DNA of 63,819 nucleotides from Candidatus Hydrogenedentota bacterium (GTDB lineage Bacteria > Hydrogenedentota > Hydrogenedentia > Hydrogenedentales > JAEUWI01). The stretch lies in assembly GCA_034669905.1 (NCBI GenBank), contig JAXMOL010000047.1, positions 1 to 63,819 of the forward strand. The letters run 5' to 3'. Below, in pieces: positions 55,604 through 63,819 of the stretch (position 1 is its first letter; every line of letters starts with the position of its first letter). The notes beneath the pieces were generated by a model, which ran no database searches, was not told the DNA's origin, and worked only from the letters and a program-made list of their open reading frames with translations. A program made the position numbers and the translations under genes.

Positions 55604-56476
55604 ATGAATCAATCCACGACTCCCAATCAACTCACCATTCCAGAGGGCAACTCCTTTCGCATCCTCCAGCTCACGGATTTTCATTCGGATGGCAGCGAGT
55701 TTGCCAATGAGCGTACCCGCGCCGATGTCCGGGCGATGGTCGCCCTGCACAAGCCCCATTTTCTGGCGGTCACGGGGGATATCTGGTGCAGTGACGGGCA
55801 CCCCGATGTGGCGCCCATGTGGATGCAACGGGACCTGGAACTCATCGCGTCGCTGGAGACGCCGTGGGCCTTCACCTGGGGCAACCATGACTACGCAGCA
55901 GATTTTGCGGCCGCCCAGGCACGCATCGCCGCCACACCCCACTATGCCGCCCCGTCGATGACCGCACGGGGCGAAAGCCACCTGGAAGTGCGCCGAACCG
56001 ATGGGACCCTGGCCTGGGACCTGTTTTTCGTGAACACGATGGATGCCTGGCAATTGCCCCGGGATCTGGCGTGGCTCACGGCGCAGGCGGAAGAACTGTC
56101 CGCCCACCGTCACACCGTGGTGCCTGGGGTGCTGTTTTTCCACATTCCCTTGAAGCGTTACCAGGTGGCCATCGACGAAGGCCGGGCCCGGGGGATTGCC
56201 CTGGAGGAGGTGCTCTGTTGGGGCGATGAAGCCGATACAGGAGCCGATAGCATCACCGGGCTGGGAAACATTCGGGCCTGCTTTTGCGGGCACAGTCACC
56301 GAAACGACTGCTATTTTGAGGAAAACGGGGTGCTCTTTGCCTATGGAAGGTCCACGGGCTATGGGGGATACGGGGATGACGTGAAGAAAGGGGCCAAACT
56401 CATCACCCTGTCGCCGGAGGGGGAGGAGATCGCCTTTCAAACGGTCTTCGGAGATGGCACCACGTGGAGTCCCTGA
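55604..56476 (+). CDS. Calcineurin-like metallophosphoesterase
   Basis: LTDFH, TGD, GNHD, FHIP, GHSH. Confidence 0.9.
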   Translation: MNQSTTPNQLTIPEGNSFRILQLTDFHSDGSEFANERTRADVRAMVALHKPHFLAVTGDIWCSDGHPDVAPMWMQRDLELIASLETPWAFTWGNHDYAADFAAAQARIAATPHYAAPSMTARGESHLEVRRTDGTLAWDLFFVNTMDAWQLPRDLAWLTAQAEELSAHRHTVVPGVLFFHIPLKRYQVAIDEGRARGIALEEVLCWGDEADTGADSITGLGNIRACFCGHSHRNDCYFEENGVLFAYGRSTGYGGYGDDVKKGAKLITLSPEGEEIAFQTVFGDGTTWSP

Positions 56477-56537
56477 GTGAGGACGGCGCTTTCTGAAAGT
56501 TAAATGTCCGTCGCTGCGTCGTTTGAGGGCTTGTCTA

Positions 56538-56583
56538 CGTGCCACGCGATGGCGAGCCACACGAGGATTCGTGTGCATGGAGC
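56538..56583. repeat. Further copy of the CGTGCCRCGCGA...TTCGTGYGCATGG motif
   Basis: CGTGCCACGCGA...TTCGTGTGCATGGAGC aligns with the reverse complement of 19223-19268. Confidence 0.6.
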
Positions 56584-56821
56584 GGTGTGTTTGTGGGGCC
56601 ATGGCGTACGATCGAATTCGGACGTCTTTCCGAAGCTTCGGTCTTGATAAAGGGGGCGAAATAGACGCTCCGCCGACGCGCGTGGTGTGCTGGTTGGTGG
56701 CCTAAGTCCTTCCAAATCGGGGGATTCGGACGTCATCAACCGGGGGGCAAATCGAGACCCCGTTTGAACCACTCCCGCACGGGGGCCTATAATTACGGGC
56801 TTTACACAAAGGTATTCTTTT

Positions 56822-57835
56822 ATGATTCGAGTTGGCATTATAGGCGCCACCGGTTATGGCGGACGTGAGCTCTTGCGCTTGCTCCTGCCCCATCCGGGCG
56901 TAGAAATTGTAGCGGCCGTCTCCACCAGTGCGGTGGGGCAGCGGGTGGACAGTCAGTTGCCCGCCTTTCGGTCCCTTACGGATCTGGTGTTTACCGCCTT
57001 TGATCCCCAGGCCCTCGCCGCAAGCTGCGACGTGGTCTTCATCGGCGTGCCCGGCAAAGAGTCCATGGCCCCCGTCAAGGCCCTCCGCGAAGCGGGCGTC
57101 CGGGTGATCGACATTGGCGCGGACTTCCGTCTGCAGGATACCGATCTCTTTACGCAGTACTACAAAGAGACCCACACAGCCCCCGAGTTGCTCGCCGAAT
57201 CGGTCTATGGCTACGTGCCGGGTTGGCGGGACAAGCTCCCCGATGCCCAGTTGGTGGCCGTGCCCGGTTGTTATCCCATCAGTATTATTACGCCCCTGCG
57301 GCCCCTGCTTTCGGCGCCCCTGGACGATGCACCCGTGGTGATTAACTCGGTCTCCGGTGTTTCCGGCGCGGGGCGGACGCCCAGTGCGGCCCTTCACTTC
57401 CCGGAGATGAACGAGAATTTCAAGGCCTACAAGGTGGGCGTGCACCAGCATATTCCCGAAATTGAGCAGGCCCTGGAGAATAAGATGATGGTGCAATATA
57501 CGCCCCACATCACCTCTATGACCCGGGGTATTCACTCTACGATTGTCTTGCGCCCCACGGAACCATTTGACCCGGCAGCGTATTATGACGCCTATGCCGA
57601 CGAGCCTTTCATCCGCGTATTGGGCGAAGGGGTCCTGCCGGAAGTGCAGTATGTGCGCGGTACCAATTTTGTGGACTTCGGCTGGGTGCGCGACGAGCGC
57701 ACGGGCAACCTGATTATCGCCAGCGCTATCGACAACCTGGTGGGCGGCACGGCCGGTATGGCCGTCCAATGCTTGAATCTTATGTTTGGCCTGGACGAAA
57801 CGACAGGTCTGATGAACGGAGCCTTTGCCCCATGA
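56822..57835 (+). CDS. argC: N-acetyl-gamma-glutamyl-phosphate reductase
   Basis: GATGYGG, DIGADFRL, PGCYP, SGVSGAGR, HQHIPEI, IDNL. Confidence 0.95.
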   Translation: MIRVGIIGATGYGGRELLRLLLPHPGVEIVAAVSTSAVGQRVDSQLPAFRSLTDLVFTAFDPQALAASCDVVFIGVPGKESMAPVKALREAGVRVIDIGADFRLQDTDLFTQYYKETHTAPELLAESVYGYVPGWRDKLPDAQLVAVPGCYPISIITPLRPLLSAPLDDAPVVINSVSGVSGAGRTPSAALHFPEMNENFKAYKVGVHQHIPEIEQALENKMMVQYTPHITSMTRGIHSTIVLRPTEPFDPAAYYDAYADEPFIRVLGEGVLPEVQYVRGTNFVDFGWVRDERTGNLIIASAIDNLVGGTAGMAVQCLNLMFGLDETTGLMNGAFAP

Positions 57836-59040
57836 AAATCATCGACGGTGGTGTGTGCGCCCCCCAGGGCTTCCGGGCCTCGGGCGTGGTGGCCGACATC
57901 AAAGGGAAAGGCACCGGACGACTGGACTGTGCCCTCGTGGTCAGCGATGCCGAAGCAGCTATTGCAGGCACCTTCACGACCAATGTGATGAAGGCGCCCC
58001 CGATTCAATGGACCGAAGGCGTGTGCATTCGGGGTACGGGCCGGGCCGTGTTTATCAATAGCGGCAACGCCAATGCCTGCACGGGCAGCCAGGGGATTCG
58101 TGATGCCCAGGATACGGCCGAGCGCCTGTGTCTGGGGCTGGAGATTCCCGTGACCGAAGTGGCCGTCTTGAGCACGGGTGTTATCGGGGTTCCCCTGCCG
58201 ATGGAGCGCATCCTGAAGGGTGCGGATGCCTGTATCGCGGGCCTGTCCGCCGCGAACCATGGTCAGGCCGCCGAGGCCATCATGACCACCGACACGGTGC
58301 CCAAAGAGATGGCGCTGGAAATCCCCCTTTCCACCGGGCCGGTGCGCCTGGGCGCCATGGCGAAAGGCTCGGGCATGATCGCCCCCAACATGGCCACCAT
58401 GATTGGCGTCATTACCACCGACGCTGCCATTGCGCCCGATGACCTGCGCGCCGTGCTGAAAGATTGCGTGGACCGCTCCTTCAATTGTATGTGTATCGAC
58501 AACGACATGAGCACCTCCGATGCGGTCTTGTGCCTCGCCAATGGCCAGGCCATGGGCGCGCTGCTCAAGCCGGGTACCGAAGACTTTGAGCGTTTCGCCG
58601 AAGCCCTGGACCAACTCTGTGTGGCCCTGGCCCAGGCCCTCGTGCGGGATGGGGAAGGGGCCACCAAGTTCGTTGAGATTAACGTGGCGGGTGCGCCGAG
58701 TGACGAAGATGCCAAGACGGTAGCCCGCAGCATCGCCCACTCCCAGCTATGCAAGACGGCCTTTTTTGGTGAGGATGCCAACTGGGGACGTATCGCCTGT
58801 GCAGCGGGATACTCGGGTGTGCAATTTTCCCCCGAGCGCCTGAGCATTTTTCTGGGTGATCTCGAGGTGGTGCATGAAGGCCTGCCGACCCTGTTTAACG
58901 AGGCCGAGGCCGCCGAAATCATGGGTGAGCCCGATTTGAACATCCGGGTGAGCCTGGGCGATGGTCCGGGGATGGCCACCTTCTGGACCTCGGATTTGAG
59001 CCACGATTACGTATCTATCAATGCCGATTACCGCACCTGA
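57832..59040 (+). CDS. argJ: Ornithine acetyltransferase / N-acetylglutamate synthase
   Basis: NSGNANACTG, STGVIG, IMTTD, KGSGMIAPNMATM, RDGEGATK, YVSINADYRT. Confidence 0.96.
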   Translation: MKIIDGGVCAPQGFRASGVVADIKGKGTGRLDCALVVSDAEAAIAGTFTTNVMKAPPIQWTEGVCIRGTGRAVFINSGNANACTGSQGIRDAQDTAERLCLGLEIPVTEVAVLSTGVIGVPLPMERILKGADACIAGLSAANHGQAAEAIMTTDTVPKEMALEIPLSTGPVRLGAMAKGSGMIAPNMATMIGVITTDAAIAPDDLRAVLKDCVDRSFNCMCIDNDMSTSDAVLCLANGQAMGALLKPGTEDFERFAEALDQLCVALAQALVRDGEGATKFVEINVAGAPSDEDAKTVARSIAHSQLCKTAFFGEDANWGRIACAAGYSGVQFSPERLSIFLGDLEVVHEGLPTLFNEAEAAEIMGEPDLNIRVSLGDGPGMATFWTSDLSHDYVSINADYRT

Positions 59041-59244
59041 GCGTGCGCTAGTGGTCTGAATCAAAGTTACGGAAGTTTGTTTTGCCAGAAAAGTTTATTT
59101 AACTCGCCGAGCAATTCCCCTCCTGAGAGGGGGGTATAGTATAGAATCTGGTGAATTTTTCGCAGCAAATTAATCGCTCATCAGCATGATTCAAACCACG
59201 AGATACAGGGGCGCCTGACGCGTTCCCGGAAAGTACGTTTATTC

Positions 59245-60111
59245 ATGGAAGAGATCATTCAAAAAGCAGCGGTTCTTATCGAGGCCCTGCCCTATATCCG
59301 CGATTTCAATGGCAAAACCGTCGTCATCAAATACGGCGGTGCGGCCATGCTCGACCCGGCGCTGCGCCGCAGCACGGCCCAGGACGTGGCCCTCATGAAA
59401 TTCGTGGGCATGAACCCTGTCATCGTTCACGGAGGGGGGCCGGCCATCAACGGCACCCTGAAACGCCTCGATATTCAATCGACCTTCAGTCCCCAGGGCC
59501 TGCGAATCACCGACGACGCCACGATTGAAGTGGTGGAGATGGTGCTCGCCGGCACGGTCAATAAAGACATCGTGAGCCTGTTGAATACGGCGGGCTGCTC
59601 GGCCGTGGGGCTGTCCGGAAAAGACGCCAACCTCCTCTTTGCCCAGAAGAAACAGGTGGCCGATGGCTCTGACATTGGCCATGTGGGCGAGATTACCCAG
59701 GTGAATTCAAAAATCATCGATACCCTGGCCGCGGCCGGGTTGGTGCCGGTTATTGCGCCCATTGCCACGGACAGCGAGGGCGGTACCTGGAATATCAACG
59801 CCGATACGGCCGCCGGTGAAGTGGCTGGGGCCCTGCGGGCGGAAAAGCTGGTTTTCCTGACCGATACGCCGGGACTCCTTCGGGATGTTTCGGATCCGGA
59901 GTCGCTGATTCATCAATTGCGCAGCGACGAGGTGGCTTCCCTGACCAAATCCGGGGTGATCGCCGGGGGGATGATCCCCAAGGTGGAGGCCTGTGTGAAT
60001 GCCTTGAATGCGGGCGTGCGGAAGACCCATATTATCGACGGGCGCGTGTCGCACAGTTTGTTGCTTGAAATTTTTACCCGGCAGGGTCTCGGGACCCTCG
60101 TCAGTCATTAG
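59245..60111 (+). CDS. argB: Acetylglutamate kinase
   Basis: EALPYI, KYGG, VHGGGP, NINAD, GGMIPK. Confidence 0.96.
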   Translation: MEEIIQKAAVLIEALPYIRDFNGKTVVIKYGGAAMLDPALRRSTAQDVALMKFVGMNPVIVHGGGPAINGTLKRLDIQSTFSPQGLRITDDATIEVVEMVLAGTVNKDIVSLLNTAGCSAVGLSGKDANLLFAQKKQVADGSDIGHVGEITQVNSKIIDTLAAAGLVPVIAPIATDSEGGTWNINADTAAGEVAGALRAEKLVFLTDTPGLLRDVSDPESLIHQLRSDEVASLTKSGVIAGGMIPKVEACVNALNAGVRKTHIIDGRVSHSLLLEIFTRQGLGTLVSH

Positions 60112-60165
60112 TGCCCCGGGCCGCCACGGCGGTCTAACCTTTGGTGTTTTATAGGAGAAGCAGGC

Positions 60166-60807
60166 GTGGAAACTTCCACCATACCATTTGAGTTGATATC
60201 GCAGGGCGGCTTCCTGATGTGGCCCATCATGTTCTGCTCGTGTGTGGCCATGGCGATTATTATTGACCGCTTTCGCTTCCTTCGCCGGGCCACGATTGAT
60301 ACCCGGGAATTCATGGATACGATGCGGCAGGTATTGCGCCAGAACCGTATCCAGGAAGCCATCAATATCTGCGACGAGACCGACGCCCCGGTGGCCCGCA
60401 TCATGAAGGCGGGTATTTTGAAGAACACCCGCGGCAAAGAAGAAATCCGCGAGGCCATCGAAGACGCCGGTAATCTGGAGTTGCCCCACCTCGAGCGCCA
60501 CCTTTCGGCCCTCGCCACCTGCGCGAACATTGCCCCGCTCCTCGGGCTGCTGGGTACGGTGACCGGTATGATCACCGCCTTCGCCCAGATTCAGAACAAA
60601 CGGGGTCAGGTGAATCCTGCGGACCTGGCCGAAGGTATCGGCAGCGCCCTCGTAACGACCGCCGCCGGGCTGACCGTGGCCATTCCCATCCTGGTGGTGT
60701 ATAACTGGCTCGTGACCCGGGTGGACAATATGGTGGTGGAGATGGAAATCAGCTCGGCCGAATTGGTGGAGCTGCTTACCCGCAACCAGGGCGAACGCGA
60801 GATATAG
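60166..60807 (+). CDS. MotA/TolQ/ExbB proton channel protein
   Basis: APLLGLLGTVTGMI, GIGSALVTTAAGL. Confidence 0.92.
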   Translation: METSTIPFELISQGGFLMWPIMFCSCVAMAIIIDRFRFLRRATIDTREFMDTMRQVLRQNRIQEAINICDETDAPVARIMKAGILKNTRGKEEIREAIEDAGNLELPHLERHLSALATCANIAPLLGLLGTVTGMITAFAQIQNKRGQVNPADLAEGIGSALVTTAAGLTVAIPILVVYNWLVTRVDNMVVEMEISSAELVELLTRNQGEREI

Positions 60808-60811
60808 CGCC

Positions 60812-61249
60812 ATGAAATTCAAGCGCAACAACAAGCGACGCATTGTGGCGAACGTGGAAATGACGCCCCTGATCGACGTGGTCTTTCAGCTGCTGATTTT
60901 CTTCATGCTCTCCTCGACCTTTGTGGTGCAGACTTCTATTCCCGTGGAGATTCCCCAGAGTGAAGGGGCCACCAAGATGGAGCACAAGGAACTTGTTATT
61001 TCCTTGAAGCCCGGTGTGGGTGGGCCCGATGATGAGGGCGAGATCTATGTGGACGAAGTTTCCATGGGCTCCTGGGAAGAATTGTCGAGTACCCTGGCCG
61101 AGTTCAGCCAACGCAAACCGGACGCGGTGGTCTTGCTCCGTCCCGATACCCGTGTCGACTATGGCCGCCTGGTGCGGGTGCTGGGTATCGCCAGCAATGT
61201 GGGGATCGAACATTACGGGTTCGCCGCGCAGCCGCCCTCCGAAGAGTGA
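60812..61249 (+). CDS. ExbD/TolR family protein
   Basis: MTPLIDVVFQLLIFFML. Confidence 0.92.
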   Translation: MKFKRNNKRRIVANVEMTPLIDVVFQLLIFFMLSSTFVVQTSIPVEIPQSEGATKMEHKELVISLKPGVGGPDDEGEIYVDEVSMGSWEELSSTLAEFSQRKPDAVVLLRPDTRVDYGRLVRVLGIASNVGIEHYGFAAQPPSEE

Positions 61250-62121
61250 CGCCTATGGCTAACCCCTCGTCCTCGGGATCCTGGTACCATCGCTTTCGGA
61301 AACGAGAGAGCCAGCGGAGTTTCTACCTGGCCCTGATTGCGTCGGGCATGTTTCATCTGTCCATGGTGACCGTCTTCAGTATCGTGATCTATTTCCCCCG
61401 GGAAGATACGCGCTACTACGACTTCTCCATCGTGCCCCTCCGCACGCCGACAGCGGTGGCAGGGGCCGAAGCGCCGGAAGCGGACACGACGGCACCTGAG
61501 ACGGAAGTGGGTGGGGAGAAGCTGGCCCTCCGTGGTGCCACGCTGCCCGACGTGGAGCTGCCCACCATCGAGTTCGCCGAGTTGGAACGTCTCCGGGTGG
61601 GGCAGGCAGGTTCCCAGTCCCTTTCCCGCTACGACGAAGTTTTCCAGGAAGGCCCTGACGACAGTTGGGAGCGTTTCAGTCGGGGGCTCTCGGAGATGTC
61701 CCGTTCCCTGACGCGCCTGCGCCTGTCGGGCGATGCCCCCACGGACCCGTTGTCATCCGCCCTCAACGAGGTCACCGCGCCGTCCAATCGCATTGTGCAC
61801 CGGCCGGCCGAAGGCTTTGAGGCCCAACTGGTCTGGTCAACGGCACCCTTTGACCGCCAACTGCTCTTTGCGCCGCCCATAGAAGCCCTCTGGGGGGCCG
61901 ACGAGGCTACTTTCCAGCGCCCTGTGGAACTGGTGTTGCAGGTGAATGCCCTGGGCCGTGTGGTGAACGTATTCAGCCCGACGGTGGATGAGCGGGAGTT
62001 GGTGGATGCTATTCAGATGACCACCCTTCGCTACCGCTTTGAGCCCCTGAGTCTGGAATCCGGCGACAGCCAGACGGTGACCCTGCGTATTCAGCGGGAC
62101 ACGGCGGGAGGGCATCCATGA
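61246..62121 (+). CDS. Single-pass membrane protein, possible divergent TonB/TolA-like energy transducer
   Basis: N-terminal TM with S-x3-H (ASGMFH), Pro/Ala/Glu linker, C-terminal VNALGRV...RFEP reminiscent of TonB_C; operon position. Confidence 0.55.
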   Translation: MTPMANPSSSGSWYHRFRKRESQRSFYLALIASGMFHLSMVTVFSIVIYFPREDTRYYDFSIVPLRTPTAVAGAEAPEADTTAPETEVGGEKLALRGATLPDVELPTIEFAELERLRVGQAGSQSLSRYDEVFQEGPDDSWERFSRGLSEMSRSLTRLRLSGDAPTDPLSSALNEVTAPSNRIVHRPAEGFEAQLVWSTAPFDRQLLFAPPIEALWGADEATFQRPVELVLQVNALGRVVNVFSPTVDERELVDAIQMTTLRYRFEPLSLESGDSQTVTLRIQRDTAGGHP

Positions 62122-62492
62122 TTCAGATATCTCTGGGAACGGCCCTCATGGTATACAGCGGCATTATCCTGATTGGTGCCCTCGCCATCTGGATTTATAC
62201 CGAGATCACAACCCGCCGGGCCTACCTGGTCTTGGAGAAGCAATATCTCTGGCGCTGTGTCTTCTGTTCCTACACCTACTTGGACCAGCAAGCCGTCAAG
62301 CACTCGGAATGTCCCCAATGCCATGCGATTAATTCCATGACCGACAAGAAGGCCCGGGTAGTGCCGCCTTCCGGCGCATCGCTGGTGCCGGAATCGGAAG
62401 GGCCCGGCCACGACTCGCGCCACAATCCTTCCAAGGGGAAACGGAAGGGGGCCCGTCACCGGGGCCCACGACGTCGCGGCGGCCGGCGCTAG
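62118..62492 (+). CDS. Small membrane-anchored zinc-ribbon protein
   Basis: N-terminal TM, CVFC...CPQC, basic tail; overlaps the upstream stop. Confidence 0.7.
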   Translation: MIQISLGTALMVYSGIILIGALAIWIYTEITTRRAYLVLEKQYLWRCVFCSYTYLDQQAVKHSECPQCHAINSMTDKKARVVPPSGASLVPESEGPGHDSRHNPSKGKRKGARHRGPRRRGGRR

Positions 62493-62701
62493 GGAGTGGG
62501 GACCTTGCCGGGTGCCCACCGGTGAAGCAACAGGGGGTTGGGCATTCCTGCCCGATACAAAGGGCGCTACTATCGCCGAGCTACACGGCGGGTTGGGGCT
62601 GCCACCACTGTTCCTTCGGATGCCTTGGTTTCGCTCGTTCCCCTGCCCTGTGCGGGAACGGGTCCTGGAGCAGCGTTGTGGGCGGCGGATGGGGTGTTCG
62701 A

Positions 62702-62986
62702 TATGGGACCGGCTTTCAGCCCTTTGCGAGGGGGTGTCCTTTTTCCTGGGCCGTTGGCCCAGGCGGTTATGCGGCGCCCCTTCGGCACTTTTCACGTAGG
62801 GAGCCCGGCACCGTTGTGCGAAGGCACAGGCCCCCACTTCGGGTAGGGGTTATGGCTTCGCCCTATTCCCGTGGGCCAGCGGCACGGCGCTATTCCGTAG
62901 GGCCAACGGCCCGTGGCATACCAACATGGGGCATCGCCCCATGGAGAAGGCATTCCCACCAGAAAGGGCTGAAAGCCCGTCCCATA
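62702..62986. repeat. REP-like composite element with 24-bp terminal inverted repeats
   Basis: TATGGGACCGGCTTTCAGCCCTTT / AAAGGGCTGAAAGCCCGTCCCATA (23/24); several internal GGGCC-nnn-GGCCC hairpins. Confidence 0.7.
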
Positions 62987-63206
62987 CTGCTGCAACACGG
63001 GGCCTTCCTGGGGAGGTTCCTGCGGCGTAGGATCTTCTCACGGATACGCAGTGCCTGATCTCGCGGCACAACAGGCTCCAGAATAAGACCATGGTACTAC
63101 TTTGGGTCTGTCTGGCCGGGGTGGTATCGCGCTTGTCACGGGTTATGACACCATGAGGATGTGTATAAGTGCCATTATAGAAAGGACTTGAAAATGTTTC
63201 TTTGTT

Positions 63207-63223
63207 TTGGCACGGCCTTGGCT
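63207..63223 (+). promoter_or_regulatory. Putative sigma54 promoter for the peptide array
   Basis: TTGGCACGGCCTTGGCT with GG-N10-GC spacing, about 100 nt before the first ATG; AT-rich upstream region. Confidence 0.65.
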
Positions 63224-63320
63224 TTAGGTCTAGACGTGCAACGGGTTGCACGAGGACACGCGCCGCGAGCCAACGCGGCGGCGCAGCAAAAAGCCCTGTG
63301 CAGGGGCGGAGGAATGAGCC

Positions 63321-63503
63321 ATGAAAGACATCAAGGTTACCGAGCTTACGGAAGAAAACGAACTCAGTGCGGAGGAAGCGGCGGCAGTAAAGGGTGGACC
63401 TGCTTACATCAAGATTGGGGACATCAAGGGCGAAGCCCGGCTGTCCCGTCCCACGATTCAGAAGCCCGCCGCGGGTTACACCGAAGTAGAGTGGACGTAC
63501 TAG
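63321..63503 (+). CDS. 60-aa double-glycine-leader precursor peptide with Hcp-like core (copy 1)
   Basis: RBS GGAGGA; leader ...ELSAEEAAAVKGG; core PAYIKIGDIKGEARLSRPTIQKPAAGYTEVEWTY. Confidence 0.8.
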   Translation: MKDIKVTELTEENELSAEEAAAVKGGPAYIKIGDIKGEARLSRPTIQKPAAGYTEVEWTY

Positions 63504-63567
63504 TCCCCCTTCCCATCACGTCGAAACCGAAACAAACGAGCCCTGTGCAGGGGCGGAGGAATGTGCC

Positions 63568-63750
63568 ATGAAAGACATCAAGGTTACCGAGCTTACGGAA
63601 GAAAAAGTGATCAGTGCGGACGAAGCGGCGGCGGTGAAGGGTGGACCTGCTTACATCAAACTGGGCGACATCAAGGGTGAATCCCGGTTGGCCCGTCCCA
63701 CGGTTCAGAAGCCCGCCACGGGTTACACCGAAGTAGAGTGGACGTACTAG
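63568..63750 (+). CDS. 60-aa double-glycine-leader precursor peptide with Hcp-like core (copy 2)
   Basis: RBS GGAGGA; leader ...VISADEAAAVKGG; core PAYIKLGDIKGESRLARPTVQKPATGYTEVEWTY. Confidence 0.8.
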   Translation: MKDIKVTELTEEKVISADEAAAVKGGPAYIKLGDIKGESRLARPTVQKPATGYTEVEWTY

Positions 63751-63814
63751 TCCCCCTTCCCATCACGTCGAAACCGAAACGAACGAGCCCTGTGCAGGGG
63801 CGGAGGAATGAGCC

Positions 63815-63819
63815 ATGAA
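63815..63819 (+). CDS. Start of probable third peptide copy (truncated)
   Basis: Same upstream hairpin and RBS followed by ATGAA at exactly +247. Confidence 0.65.

Larger units (their letters stand above)
63292..63819 (+). repeat. 247-bp tandem gene-unit repeat (2 full copies, 3rd truncated by the window edge)
   Basis: AGCCCTGTGCAGGGGCGGAGGAATG at 63292, 63539, 63786; ATG at 63321, 63568, 63815. Confidence 0.95.

Noticed and set aside
59150..59195. Possible ArgR boxes upstream of argB
   Set aside because: Only a half-site-level match (TGAAT) with poor symmetry
63321..63750. Peptides as lanthipeptide, sactipeptide or thiopeptide precursors
   Set aside because: Core has no Cys and no modification enzymes are visible in the window; other modifications cannot be excluded
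63321..63750. Peptides as fragments of a decayed hcp pseudogene
   Set aside because: Intact repeated ORFs with RBS, a non-Hcp leader, and synonymous/conservative divergence argue for functional genes
1..63819. tRNA, rRNA, riboswitch, integrase or transposase genes
   Set aside because: None recognised by eye; tRNAscan/Infernal were not run

Overview
GC-rich bacterial chromosomal window; taxonomy cannot be fixed from sequence alone, though the gene content resembles PVC-like or Hydrogenedentes-like aquatic heterotrophs. Contents from left to right: two GT-C-like membrane proteins, a 183-bp REP-doublet tandem array, a GH38 alpha-mannosidase, a four-gene sensor/kinase/regulator/diguanylate-cyclase operon, a BlaI plus giant BlaR1-like (M56-LRR-thioredoxin) pair, an orphan HsdR N-terminal nuclease, hydrolase/Kelch/BNR proteins, and a sigma54-type cluster (ABC1 kinase, small lipoprotein, DUF3309 pseudogene). 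Next come a hybrid kinase and three Tat-exported Gfo/Idh/MocA paralogues interrupted by a complete type II-C CRISPR-Cas9 locus (tracrRNA, cas9-cas1-cas2, 13 repeats/12 spacers; each intact repeat holds a TTGACC-N17-TACAAT promoter). These are followed by a DprE1/DprE2/UbiA-like polyprenyl-arabinose module with glgC and a GT-C transferase, housekeeping genes (tilS, hpt, RlmI-like, PHP histidinol phosphatase, argCJB) and an ExbBD-type operon. The most novel-looking element is at the right edge: a sigma54-type promoter followed by a 247-bp tandem array of 60-aa genes. Each encodes a double-glycine export leader fused to a 34-aa core that looks like the first and a late beta-strand of the T6SS tube protein Hcp. 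The array runs off the window, so its partner genes are unseen.
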